DNA of 64,000 bases. It comes from Phycisphaeraceae bacterium (GTDB taxonomy: Bacteria > Planctomycetota > Phycisphaerae > Phycisphaerales > Zrk34). Below the pieces are notes generated by a model, which was given only the letters and a program-made list of their open reading frames with translations, ran no database searches and was not told the DNA's origin. The DNA lies in NCBI GenBank assembly GCA_040905565.1, contig JBBDRF010000005.1:96001-160000 (forward strand), in the 5' to 3' direction. Below are positions 45,348 through 55,616 of this stretch, piece by piece; the first letter of the stretch is position 1; the number at the start of each line of letters is the position of its first letter. Position numbers and translations under genes: made by a program.

Positions 45348-47720
45348 CTACGGATTGGAGGGCGGCCATCTGAGGTGTTGCTGCAGAAACTTGAATGTTC
45401 CCTTGCCGTGGATGGCGTGGGGGCCTGCGAACCATTCAATCTCGCAGCGCTCGCCGATGCCGAGCAGGCCCTGGTAGAGAAGCCGCGTCTGCGCAAACTC
45501 CCATCCTACGGTCCAGTCGTCCGCCACTGTGTCGAAGTGGCCTCGCTCGACCATGAACGGCCGCGGTGCGATCAACGCCGTCATCTCCGCGTAGTTAAAC
45601 GTGCTGCCAAGATCCCATTCGAAGATTTCGTACTCGCCCGTCCACATGTAGCTGCGAGGGTTGGTGGTTGATGCCACCTTGTCGATCCAGTCGTTGAAAT
45701 CCGCCGAGCAGATCACCGGCCCGTACTCCGCCACCAGCGGCGGTATCCGCATCGCGCTCTTGCCACCGTAGCTGAGGCCGTAGAAGCCGATCCGATCGCC
45801 GTCCACCTCGTCCATCGTTGCCAGCCATCTGAGGATTTGCTGATGCTGCGGCACCATGACCGAAAACAGCGTGGTGCCCATGGGGTTGGCCTTGAACTGC
45901 AGGATTCGGAACGAGTCACCGACGGGGCCCATGTACAGGTTCTGCGGCGAGAATGTGATGAAGCCTCGTTCGGCTAGTTTTGTCGCGAACGCCTTGTATG
46001 CTGAGTATTTGTCGTCGCCGATCAGATCTTGCGGCCGGCCCATGAGTCCGTGCTGACAGACCACCACCGGCCGCTGCTCTCCATCCGCGATATCGTTTGG
46101 CACGATCAGTAAGCCGTAGGCGATCACATCCTCAAACACGTCGAGTACAACCTCGTACCGCGTCCACTTTTCGGTCCGTTCATCCAGCCTCGTCCGTGCG
46201 TTCGGTGGAAGCAGTGGTAGGTCGAAGTGGCCGATTACCTGCTCGCGAAACTCCCGGCGCAACGGCTCGATCGAACGCTGATACGCCTCGACGGATTCGG
46301 TGTCAAATCGGCTCCACACGGCATCCTGTCTGACCGAGTGGCTCCGCCGAAGCAAATCCTGGTAGTGGCGATCCAACTCGTACATCAGCGTCAACTGTCG
46401 TTCGCGCGGATCGAAGTCGGCTCGATTGTCGCGTGGCAATGGCCCGGCTGGACGCAACTGCATGCCCAATGGTTGCAGAAATCTCGACAGCGCGACTTGC
46501 GTTCCAAACGGACCCGCGCCGGCGCTGCCGCTCACGACCAGATCCGGTGACCAGCCCACAACCTCCTCATTGACCATCAGCCCGGTCATCAGTTCCGCCG
46601 TCCGCGTCACTTCTTCCTTCACCGCCACCAGCGTTGGCGTTCGCAGTTCGCCCGGCTTGCCTTTGCCGCCCTCAAGCAGCAAATGCGGTGCTTCGGCCGC
46701 CTCGATAACCAATGTTCGTCCCGCAAGGAGCGTCGCCACCTCAGCATCGCCGAACATCGTGAGCAAATCCCAGACGTTGCGGTCAGCCGGCTCCTGCCAC
46801 ATCGCTTCGCGAGGCCCGAAGTACCCACTGACACCCACCGCGTCTATTCGCTCATCTACCGCCCCGGCATACAAAGCGATGCGTCCCCCTTCGCCCCAGC
46901 CGAACACGCCCACCGGCGTTTTGGCCGGCTCGCTCTTCGCCCAGTCCACCAGCGCCAGCACTGCCTGAATCTCCGTGCCTACCAGCGTGCGTCCCAACTG
47001 ATATGCCGAACGATGAAGAAACTCGCGGCTGGTGATCGTGGCGGAACGGCCGCGATCACCGGGCACCTTGTCGCCTTGCGTCCCGCGATTCACAAGCAGC
47101 GGCACCACCACGCGTACGCCGCTTTCCGCCAGCCGCCTTGCAAACTGCGATTCACCGGCCACGCCTTCCGAAAGGCCCGCGATCTGTTCCGGTGTCTGGT
47201 CGGCGTCCGGTATCGCAATCACCACAGGTCCGCTGGTTGCCTTCTCACCGATCGGTCTCAGCATCAGCCCGGACGCGTGCACGTCGCCCACCGTAGGCCA
47301 CCTCAGTTCCAGCACTTCGTAAGTTGCGGCGCCGTCCTCACCGCCACCGCCCCGCGCGATTACCTGCGACTCAACCGCCAGCGATTGGGTCACGATCTGC
47401 GGGTGTGAAAATTCACGCCGCGCGTCACGCAGTCCCAGAATGTAGCGTAACCGTTCGCGGTTCGGCTGTACCGATTGTGCGTGCGCTGCCACGCTGCTCA
47501 GGTCGCGCTGCCAGTACTGGTCACGTTGCTGTGCCGTCTGGTCAAGCTGCCGCATGACAAACTTATCTACTCCGCTCAGCAGCTTCGCCGCGATGTCGCC
47601 CTCTATTGTCAGTGCCTGCGTTCCGGGGATTCTTTCGAGGGGCTCCGCTGCCATCGCAGGTTTCACGGCACACGCCGTTACACTAACCACAATCACCAAG
47701 GACAAAATCGATCGTTTCAT
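45348..47720 (-). CDS. Secreted tandem alpha/beta hydrolase (dienelactone-hydrolase-like)
   Basis: Signal peptide; degenerate first site GWGEGG; second domain VVCQHG, GLSYGG nucleophile elbow and C-terminal GPH. Confidence 0.8.
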   Translation of the reverse strand: MKRSILSLVIVVSVTACAVKPAMAAEPLERIPGTQALTIEGDIAAKLLSGVDKFVMRQLDQTAQQRDQYWQRDLSSVAAHAQSVQPNRERLRYILGLRDARREFSHPQIVTQSLAVESQVIARGGGGEDGAATYEVLELRWPTVGDVHASGLMLRPIGEKATSGPVVIAIPDADQTPEQIAGLSEGVAGESQFARRLAESGVRVVVPLLVNRGTQGDKVPGDRGRSATITSREFLHRSAYQLGRTLVGTEIQAVLALVDWAKSEPAKTPVGVFGWGEGGRIALYAGAVDERIDAVGVSGYFGPREAMWQEPADRNVWDLLTMFGDAEVATLLAGRTLVIEAAEAPHLLLEGGKGKPGELRTPTLVAVKEEVTRTAELMTGLMVNEEVVGWSPDLVVSGSAGAGPFGTQVALSRFLQPLGMQLRPAGPLPRDNRADFDPRERQLTLMYELDRHYQDLLRRSHSVRQDAVWSRFDTESVEAYQRSIEPLRREFREQVIGHFDLPLLPPNARTRLDERTEKWTRYEVVLDVFEDVIAYGLLIVPNDIADGEQRPVVVCQHGLMGRPQDLIGDDKYSAYKAFATKLAERGFITFSPQNLYMGPVGDSFRILQFKANPMGTTLFSVMVPQHQQILRWLATMDEVDGDRIGFYGLSYGGKSAMRIPPLVAEYGPVICSADFNDWIDKVASTTNPRSYMWTGEYEIFEWDLGSTFNYAEMTALIAPRPFMVERGHFDTVADDWTVGWEFAQTRLLYQGLLGIGERCEIEWFAGPHAIHGKGTFKFLQQHLRWPPSNP

Positions 47721-47870
47721 GCCGCTGACCTTTCTGGAATTGCCATGCTGCTCTTTCCGTCATTGTGCAATAGACGCTGCTATTGCGATAGCAAAATCGT
47801 GCGAGCCCCGCGTATGCCGAACTGGTTAAACTGGTAGGTCGCATCTTTACGCAAACCAGCGAGGTAAACT

Positions 47871-50800
47871 ATGCGTTACGACAGGTTGAAGCAGCGGCGT
47901 CCGAAGTGTTGCGCGCCGCCGTGCCGACGTAAAACTCGAGCGATTGCAGTGATCTGCGTTGCGAGCCTTGCCCTGGCGGCGGCTTCGCTTGGCGGAGAAG
48001 TCGCCGCAAATCCTGGCTGGCGACAACTCCAGGTGCCAGGCGACTGGCGGGAAGTCGGCGACGGTGAACTGGCAAATCACGACGGGTTTGGTTGGTACCG
48101 CTGCTACGTCCAGATCCCGGAAAATTGGGCGCGACGCTGGGAGTTGACGCTTTCCATCGAGCAGTTGGCCAACGCCTACGAAGTTTACTTCAACGGTGAG
48201 CGTGTCGCGGCAGCGGGCGCTTTTCCGCCCGATTACGCCGACGCATTTGGCGAAGCGCACCGTCATACGATTCCCGCGGAGCTGGTGCGCCGAGGCGAGC
48301 GCAACATGATCGCGCTGCGGGTCTACAGCCCCGAAGGTCCTGCGGGGCTCGTTGGGCGCGCGCCTGCACTTACAGACTACAATCGCGAAATCGTCCTTCA
48401 GGGCCCCTGGCAGTTTCATGCAGGCGACGACCCGGCATGGGCTGAAGAACCCGAACAGCCAGATCTGGTGCCGGAGTTTGCCGAAGTCGTCGCCGCCACG
48501 CAGGTGCGTGCCGCGCCGTCGGTTTACCTGCCCGGTGCTTCCCTTCCGCCGGATGAATCCCACGCCGCGATTGAGCATTCCGAGGATATTGCCGTCGATC
48601 TTGTGCTTGCCGATCCGATCATCGAGCAGCCTCTGCATATGAGCTTCGATGAACGTGGTCGCCTGTGGGTGGTGGAGTATCGTCAATATCCCTATCCCGC
48701 CGGGCTGCGGATGGTGAGTCGCGATATCTACTGGCGTGCTGTGTGGGAGCCGGACCTGCCGCCGCCTCCTTATGACGACGGCTCGCCCTTCCAAGGCCGC
48801 GACCGCATCACGGTCCATGAAGACACCACTGGCGACGGCGCCTATGACTCGCATGAAACATTCGTCGACGGCCTGAACATCACCACTGCCGTGGCGCACG
48901 GCCGCGGGGGTGTCTGGGTACTTAGCCCGCCGCACCTGCTTTTTTACCCTGTCGATGACGACGGCACCACGATCACGGGGCCGCCCGAAGTTCACCTGCA
49001 GGGCTTCGGCCTGGAAGACACGCACTCCGTCGCCAACAGCCTTACGTGGGGACCGGATGGCTGGCTCTATGCCGCCCAGGGTAGCACCGTCTCCGGCAAT
49101 GTCCGCAGGCCCGACCAGAACGACGAAGAGGCGACCTATTCCATGGGCCAGAACATCTGGCGCTATCACCCCGAATCACGCCGCTATGAGATTTTTGCGG
49201 AGGGTGGCGGCAACGCGTTCGGCGTAGAAATCGACGCCAAAGGGCGCACCTTCTCCGGCCACAACGGCGGCGACACACGCGGCTTCCACTACGTACAGGG
49301 CGGCTACTCCGTCAAAGGCTTCGGCAAGCACGGTCCGTTATCAAATCCCTACACGTTCGGTCATTTCCCCGCCATGTCCCACGGCCCCGTGCCCCGCTTC
49401 ACCCACACGTTCCTTATCTACGAAGCGGACAACCTGCCCGATCACTACAGCGGCAATCTGCTCGGCCTCGAACCGATGCAGGGGCAAGTCGTTCACACAC
49501 GCCTTCATCAGGAGGGTTCCACCTTCCGCACTGAAGATCTGGAACGACCCATCCGCAGCAACGATGTCGCCTTTCGACCGGTCGATATCAAACTCGCGCC
49601 GGACGGGTCAGTTTACATCGCCGATTTCTACAGCGCTCACATCGCCCACGGTGAGAACTACGAAGGCTACCTGAACCGCGAGGCTGGCCGCATCTACCGC
49701 ATGCGTCATCGTGATGCGGAACCGCGCCACGTCGATCTCGCCGGCCGATCAGCCGATGAGCTGGTCGATCTGCTGGACCACGAAAATCGCTGGATTCGCA
49801 AGACCGCCCTGAGGCTGCTGGGCGACCGTCGTGATCAGGCCATCATTCCGCGGCTGAGCGATCTGCTTGAGCAGAGCACCGGGCAACTGGCCCTTGAAGC
49901 TTTGTGGGCGCTGCATCTGAGCGGCGGGTTTGATGATGAACGCGCGGCCAGTGCGCTGACCCATGCTGATGCGCACGTCCGCCGCTGGGCCGTCCGACTG
50001 CTCGGCGATGAAGGCAAGCCGCTGCAAGAAGCCCTTGCAAGCCGACTCGCCCAGTTGGCTGTCGAGGAAGATGACGTCGAAGTGCGAAGTCAGCTTGCGA
50101 GCACCGCCCGGCGTCTCTCGGCCGAGCAGGCTGTGGCGATCGTGAAGGGTTTGATTACCCACGACAGTGACGCGACTGATGCGCACCTGCCCCTGCTGAT
50201 CTGGTGGGCGCTTGAGGCTCACGCCGGTCCGGAGTCGCGGTCTGCTGTGCTGGCGATGTTCGAAACGCGTGAAGTGTGGGATCGGCCGTTGGTGGTTGAT
50301 CACTTGCTCGGCCGTGTGATGCGCCGTCTGGCCGCGACGGGGCGGCGGTCGGACCTGCTGGCGGGCGCTCAACTGTTCCGTCTCGCGCCGGACCGCGAAC
50401 GCAGTTTGAAGTTGATGGAGGGATTGGAGCGTGCGTTTGAGAATCGCACCGTCGCCGGACTGCCCCAGGAACTGGTGGAGGCGATCGCCGATGCGGGCGT
50501 TGCCTCGCGCGTGCTCCAGGTGCGCCAGGGGGATCGCAAAGCGACCGCCGAAGCGCTGGCGATTCTTGCTGACTCCCAAGCTCCGGTGCAGCAGCGCCTC
50601 GGCTACGCGCGTCTTTTCGGCGAGGTTGACGAGCCCCGCAGCGTGCCCGGTTTGCTCAAGATTGCTGCCGAGGCTGAGTCGATCGAACTGCGCACCGTGG
50701 CGCTGGCGTCGCTGCGGACCTACTCGGAGGCGCGAATTGGGGAGCGTGTCGTCGCCATTTACAATGACCTGCCAGTGGAACTGCTTTCGGCGGCACACGC

Positions 50801-51446
50801 GCTGCTGACAACACGATCGTCGTGGTCGCTGCACTGGCTGGAAGCGATTGACGCCGGCCGCATCCAAGCCGATGACATACCCGCCGACGTAGTTGAGGCG
50901 ATGCGGCTGCATGAAGATGAAGCCGTCACGGCCTTGCTGCGTCAGCATTTTATCGACAAGCACGCCGCGCCCGCCGAGCACGTCCGCGAGGAGATGCAGC
51001 GACTCGCTGATGTTGTGCAGGCAGGCGAGGGCGACCCCTACGTCGGGCTGCCGATTTACGCCGCACGTTGTGCCGCCTGCCACACGATGTTCGGCAAAGG
51101 CAATGACATCGGCCCCGACCTCACCAGCTATCAGCGTAACGACCTGCACGCCCTGCTGCGAAGCATCGTCGATCCCAATGCCGATGTTCGTGACGGCTAC
51201 GAAGGCGTCATCATCACCACCACGGATGGTCGCTCGATGACGGGTTTCCTCGCCGACCAAGACGACGACACGCTTGTTGTCCGAGGCCTTGACGGGCAGG
51301 ACGTCGCCCTCACGCTTGATCAGATCGCGGACCGCCGCCCGCTCGGCCGTTCCTTAATGCCGGAGAATCTGCTCACCGGACTCAGCGATCAGCAGGTCCG
51401 TGATCTGTTAGCGTTCCTCCGAAGCCGGCAGCCGATTTCACCGTGA
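47871..51446 (+). CDS. PVC-type heme-binding membrane-bound dehydrogenase-like protein with N-terminal sugar-binding domain
   Basis: VPGDW...HDGFGWYR (GH2-like sugar-binding domain), propeller (FDERGRLWV, WGPDGWLY, FRPVD...PDGS.Y.AD), HEAT repeats, CAACH...GPDLT...SLMPE. Confidence 0.9.
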   Translation: MRYDRLKQRRPKCCAPPCRRKTRAIAVICVASLALAAASLGGEVAANPGWRQLQVPGDWREVGDGELANHDGFGWYRCYVQIPENWARRWELTLSIEQLANAYEVYFNGERVAAAGAFPPDYADAFGEAHRHTIPAELVRRGERNMIALRVYSPEGPAGLVGRAPALTDYNREIVLQGPWQFHAGDDPAWAEEPEQPDLVPEFAEVVAATQVRAAPSVYLPGASLPPDESHAAIEHSEDIAVDLVLADPIIEQPLHMSFDERGRLWVVEYRQYPYPAGLRMVSRDIYWRAVWEPDLPPPPYDDGSPFQGRDRITVHEDTTGDGAYDSHETFVDGLNITTAVAHGRGGVWVLSPPHLLFYPVDDDGTTITGPPEVHLQGFGLEDTHSVANSLTWGPDGWLYAAQGSTVSGNVRRPDQNDEEATYSMGQNIWRYHPESRRYEIFAEGGGNAFGVEIDAKGRTFSGHNGGDTRGFHYVQGGYSVKGFGKHGPLSNPYTFGHFPAMSHGPVPRFTHTFLIYEADNLPDHYSGNLLGLEPMQGQVVHTRLHQEGSTFRTEDLERPIRSNDVAFRPVDIKLAPDGSVYIADFYSAHIAHGENYEGYLNREAGRIYRMRHRDAEPRHVDLAGRSADELVDLLDHENRWIRKTALRLLGDRRDQAIIPRLSDLLEQSTGQLALEALWALHLSGGFDDERAASALTHADAHVRRWAVRLLGDEGKPLQEALASRLAQLAVEEDDVEVRSQLASTARRLSAEQAVAIVKGLITHDSDATDAHLPLLIWWALEAHAGPESRSAVLAMFETREVWDRPLVVDHLLGRVMRRLAATGRRSDLLAGAQLFRLAPDRERSLKLMEGLERAFENRTVAGLPQELVEAIADAGVASRVLQVRQGDRKATAEALAILADSQAPVQQRLGYARLFGEVDEPRSVPGLLKIAAEAESIELRTVALASLRTYSEARIGERVVAIYNDLPVELLSAAHALLTTRSSWSLHWLEAIDAGRIQADDIPADVVEAMRLHEDEAVTALLRQHFIDKHAAPAEHVREEMQRLADVVQAGEGDPYVGLPIYAARCAACHTMFGKGNDIGPDLTSYQRNDLHALLRSIVDPNADVRDGYEGVIITTTDGRSMTGFLADQDDDTLVVRGLDGQDVALTLDQIADRRPLGRSLMPENLLTGLSDQQVRDLLAFLRSRQPISP

Positions 51447-51452
51447 GCATAG

Positions 51453-51871
51453 TTTGCGAATGTGCAGGTTCGGTACGTCGCAGCGACGGCACTGGGCGTC
51501 CTTCGCGCCGAAGCAGCGGCGGAAGATATTGAACGCGTGGTGCGGACCGATGCCGATGCTTTGGCACGTTCGGCAGCGGTTGTGGCGCTGGGCCAGATCG
51601 AATCCGAGTCTTCCGTGGAGCTGCTGCAGGAGACAGTTTGAGCAGGCGAATGTGGCGGTGGCGACGATCGAATGTCACGACCTGTACCGCAGCCGGGCGA
51701 TGGTGGGCAAGGAGGCGGATCCGAAATACTGGTTCGCCGACGAATCGTTCCAGCAAGCGTACATAAGCAAGATCTGGTGGCGGCGACAGGCCTTCCATCA
51801 AGCAGGTGCTCGAGATGATTCAGGAAGAGCAGTTCGAATTTGAGCATCCTCGACGCCTGAAACGCGAGTGA
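51453..51871 (+). pseudogene. Fragmented HEAT-repeat (possibly redoxin-fused) gene remnant
   Basis: Three coding-like pieces separated by frame changes: QVRYVAATALGVLRA...ARSAAVVALGQI (HEAT), then IECHDLYRSRAMVGKE...KIWW, then GDRPSIKQVLEMIQEEQFEFEHPRRLK*; no clear start. Confidence 0.55.
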
Positions 51872-51976
51872 GCTTTGTTACAAGGCCTGGTCGAGGTGGT
51901 GCGACGTACAGTTGCGTTTTCGTTGCCGGTGGTGACCGTCTGGGTATGGCTTCAGGCCGGCGGTGATCCGTCGTGC

Positions 51977-53464
51977 TTACTCGATTCCGATGGGGTTTCC
52001 GTCGAGATCGGGATCGATGGCGATGCCCAGGTGCTTAAGCACAGTGGGAACGACGTCGACGATGTAGGTTTGCCGCGGGCTGATGCGGTTGTGGGCTGCG
52101 TCACCGCTGACGAGAAGGAATCCATGAAGGATTTCGGGCACGTCGTGGCCGCCGCTGTGGCCTGTGCCGTAACCGCCGTGATCGGTGGTGATGACAATGA
52201 TCCAGTCTTCCTCGTCGAATGTGGGGCGGCTTTCGATGGCGTCGACGATGCGGCCGACGTGGCGGTCAAAATTCTCGATGGCGTTCATGTATTCCGGCTG
52301 CTCAATGCTGAAGCCGAAGCCGTGGCCTGCGGAATCGGTCTGGTGCAGATAGACCCATGCCGCGGTGGGATCCGTCTCGGCGAGCAGTTTCACGGCTTCG
52401 TCGGTGACGGCGATATCGGTGGTCTCTTCGCGCTCCATGCGATCGGCCTGCGTGGGGGGATTCACGTAAAGGCGTACGCGGTTGTCAGTGTGCAGTTCGA
52501 GGTTCAGGTGGCCGGCCGAGGCGTCGCCGAAGTTGCCCATGAGGATGTTGCGGCCTTCGTCGGTGGTGCGGAACGCGGCGGCGACGGTGAAATCGCCTTG
52601 CGTCAGGTTCGACAGCGGCGGCTCGATCGGCTTTCTGTCGCGTTCGAGCGGCCCGTCGATGGCCAGCGCCGCCCCGTCACCCTCACCTGCCGCTCGACCC
52701 TCGGCTACATCACCGATCTCAGGCTCACTCAAAGCTCGGTCCCAGAGGCGGACGCCGCGCAGCTCACCGTCGAACTGCATGCTCCCGTTGCGAGCATCGC
52801 GGCCGACGTGATAAACCTCGCCCTGGAGATCGAAGCCGCCGGCCGTGTCGCGGGCGGAGGCGACCTTCTTCCCGTTGAGGTAGAGGTGGATCATCTCACC
52901 ACGGCGCATGCCAAGCAGGTGATGCCATTCGCCGTCACGTGTATTGACGCCGACCTCGCCAGCCGACACGTTCAGGTCAACCGTGCCGGCGCCGGCGAGG
53001 GGGAAGAAGTGGCGGACGTCGGCGGCGGACACGATGTAGCGATCGATCGGGTTCCAGGTGGCGACGATCGAGATGGTCTTCGCGTCGGGGTCGGCGGCCT
53101 TGATGCGTTCGAAGAAGTGCGGGTACTGCTCGTAGTTTCGACCCGCGAAGCTGTTGTCGTGGACGCCATGTTTGTCGGCCCACACGCCGGTCTGAATGCT
53201 CGACCAGCCCGGGCCGCTGATTGTGTCATTCTCGCGATAGCGTTCGCCGAGAATCAGGCAGCGGGGGTCGAAGGTGCCGTTGGAGATGAGGCGGTTGATG
53301 TTGGGCGTCTCGGCGACGATCAACGCGTCGGGCCGTACGCCGTCGGCGCCGATCACGATCGCCTTGGCAACGCGGCCTTCGGCGTGTGTGTTGGAGGCGA
53401 AGCAAGCGGCAAGCATGAGAGCGGCAATCGCCGCCAATCCGACGCGGTGCGCGAGTCGAGCCAT
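51977..53464 (-). CDS. Alkaline-phosphatase-superfamily phosphodiesterase with LamG-like insertion
   Basis: Signal peptide, IGADGVRPD, TISGPGWS...TGV...HG, DSAGH, TTDHGG...GH, DVVPT; LamG motifs inserted in the middle. Confidence 0.85.
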   Translation of the reverse strand: MARLAHRVGLAAIAALMLAACFASNTHAEGRVAKAIVIGADGVRPDALIVAETPNINRLISNGTFDPRCLILGERYRENDTISGPGWSSIQTGVWADKHGVHDNSFAGRNYEQYPHFFERIKAADPDAKTISIVATWNPIDRYIVSAADVRHFFPLAGAGTVDLNVSAGEVGVNTRDGEWHHLLGMRRGEMIHLYLNGKKVASARDTAGGFDLQGEVYHVGRDARNGSMQFDGELRGVRLWDRALSEPEIGDVAEGRAAGEGDGAALAIDGPLERDRKPIEPPLSNLTQGDFTVAAAFRTTDEGRNILMGNFGDASAGHLNLELHTDNRVRLYVNPPTQADRMEREETTDIAVTDEAVKLLAETDPTAAWVYLHQTDSAGHGFGFSIEQPEYMNAIENFDRHVGRIVDAIESRPTFDEEDWIIVITTDHGGYGTGHSGGHDVPEILHGFLLVSGDAAHNRISPRQTYIVDVVPTVLKHLGIAIDPDLDGNPIGIE

Positions 53465-53537
53465 CGGTGCGCCTTTCATAGTGAACCCTTCGGCATTGTC
53501 ATGCAACTCATCCGGAAAACTGGTTGATAAAGGCCAG

Positions 53538-55616
53538 TCAGCTCGCTTGCTGCGGCACCGGCCAAGGGGCGAGGCATGCTCTCTCGGCAAGACGGTAGCC
53601 GAGTTCGCGGTATGCTTCGAAGCAGTCCTCACGAAAGAACTGGTTGGACGTGGGGGTGTCGGGAAAAGCTGGATCCGAGCGGCGGTAGCCGTAGATGTCC
53701 TCGGGCAACCCGCTGACGACGCACGTCTTGATGTACAGGATCACGCCCTCGGATTTTTCGCCGGATTCCAGAGGCAGGTAGCGAACGCGGCCGATGACGA
53801 AGGAGCTTTCGGAGATGCGGTGCTCACCGCGTGGCCGCAGAGGCCTGGGATCAATCTCAACGGCGGCACCGAAATCTAGACGCACGCGCTGCACCAGATT
53901 GGACAGGTCCTTGAACTGCCAGTCCGGATCGGCACCGGCATCCAGGATGATGATCAAGCGGCAGCGGCGCCGGATCAATTCGTACGCACCGAGATTTTCG
54001 AAGTGGCCGCCGTCCGTCAGGTGGACGTGTTCGGCGTCCTCACTGAGGCCCGACATAGGCCCGACACGCCCGAGCATGGCGCTCAGCGCATAGCTATAGC
54101 CGACATTTGCAGGGTTTTTAGAGGTGGCGAACCGGGGGTTGCGGACCCAGTAGCCGATGGAAAGGTTCAAAAGAGTCATCAGGATCGCCGCCGTGCGGGC
54201 GCGGAGGAACCGCGTGTGCGAAGCGACGGCAGCGCCCGAAACCGCGCACGCGGTAGCCAGGTCAAGCCCGCCGCCCTGGTACCATTTTGTGGAGCGATAC
54301 CCGGTGGCCCGCGAGCCGCAGTAAAGGGGGCTCAGAAGGAAATTTTCGCCACAGCGGAGCCGCAGTGTCGGATTGTCCGAATCAACCGTGACCATGTTCA
54401 CGTTCAATAGGTGATACGGCCCCCCATCCGCCCCCACAAGGTCGTGCAGCCAAAGCTTCTCGGGGTTTTCATTCCGGCATAGCACACGCGGCATGAACGC
54501 GTCTCTCAGCCGGTCGCGATAGAAACGGAGCATCGAGACCTGGTTGATGTCCACCAGCACCCACAAAGCGAGAGTGATCAGCAGGAGGATCAGCAAACCT
54601 AAACCTGCCCAGGAGATCAGCGGCGGGAAAGCGGTCGCCTGCCAATACAGGACAAGCAGGACGCCGTAGACCGCCAGGAACAACCCGAGGTAGAGAAGCA
54701 GTCCGCGTGCCCCCTTGGTCTCGTCACTCCCAAGCGCCCGCCAGCGGCTCAGGGCAATGAGCGCCACGCCGGACGTTCCCGTCACCACGCCCGGCTCGAG
54801 CAGCGAGAGCATAAGTCGATGCACCTGGGGCAGCAGACCCACGCCCATCAGCATCACGCCCGCCATGAGTAGCCGCCCCTGCCAACCATCCCAAGTGTTG
54901 CGACGATTCGGCGTCGGCGGCCACCGGCCGGAAAGACCGCCCTGAACGAGGTACCACGCCAGCAACAAGGCCCCCGCGACTAAGGCCAAATAGAAACATG
55001 CCGCGAACGCCCATGGCACGTGCTGCTGAACGATCACGAGAACCGCAAAAACCGGCAACAGGAACACCAGCAGACTTATGACCGCCCCGCGGACGATGGC
55101 GGAGAGCAAGGCCCAGCGTGTCAGCGGCGGATGGGGCGCCAGGTACTCTCCGTGCTGCCGAAGCCAGCCGACGGTATCTGCTGGTCCGGGCGCTTGCGAG
55201 CCAGCGGCACATGCCACGCCGTTCTGGCGTGGCGTAAGCGTCAGGCGGTGATCGGCGCGTGTCCGCCCGAAGGGATAAGGCACGTTCAGGCGGGTCATCA
55301 GCCAAGTCAGGCTCGAACCGATAAAACCGCCGCCCGATACGGTCGAGAGATAATCGACACGCTCGAGGACGCGATAACGCTGAAGGGCCTGCAACACGCC
55401 CAGGTTGAACGTCGACGAACGTATCCCTCCCCCCGAGAGAGCCAGCCCGACCCGCTCGCCATCTTCGACCAGCGCAGGAGCGTCAGTCCGCTTCGATCGC
55501 TTTTTCAGCCACTCATCCTCATCGTGCAGCACCTTCGTGTCATCCGAGGCCCTGTCGGACTCGCTTGAATGCAAGGCTTCGCCTCGTGACTCTCGTTCTG
55601 CCTGAGATAAATTCAT
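53538..55616 (-). CDS. Patatin/cPLA2-like phospholipase with a multi-TM insert
   Basis: GLALSGGGIRS, DYLSTVSGG, several hydrophobic helices, SGAA, LTDGGHFENLG, FP...T.NQFF...FEAYR.LG. Confidence 0.8.
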   Translation of the reverse strand: MNLSQAERESRGEALHSSESDRASDDTKVLHDEDEWLKKRSKRTDAPALVEDGERVGLALSGGGIRSSTFNLGVLQALQRYRVLERVDYLSTVSGGGFIGSSLTWLMTRLNVPYPFGRTRADHRLTLTPRQNGVACAAGSQAPGPADTVGWLRQHGEYLAPHPPLTRWALLSAIVRGAVISLLVFLLPVFAVLVIVQQHVPWAFAACFYLALVAGALLLAWYLVQGGLSGRWPPTPNRRNTWDGWQGRLLMAGVMLMGVGLLPQVHRLMLSLLEPGVVTGTSGVALIALSRWRALGSDETKGARGLLLYLGLFLAVYGVLLVLYWQATAFPPLISWAGLGLLILLLITLALWVLVDINQVSMLRFYRDRLRDAFMPRVLCRNENPEKLWLHDLVGADGGPYHLLNVNMVTVDSDNPTLRLRCGENFLLSPLYCGSRATGYRSTKWYQGGGLDLATACAVSGAAVASHTRFLRARTAAILMTLLNLSIGYWVRNPRFATSKNPANVGYSYALSAMLGRVGPMSGLSEDAEHVHLTDGGHFENLGAYELIRRRCRLIIILDAGADPDWQFKDLSNLVQRVRLDFGAAVEIDPRPLRPRGEHRISESSFVIGRVRYLPLESGEKSEGVILYIKTCVVSGLPEDIYGYRRSDPAFPDTPTSNQFFREDCFEAYRELGYRLAERACLAPWPVPQQAS

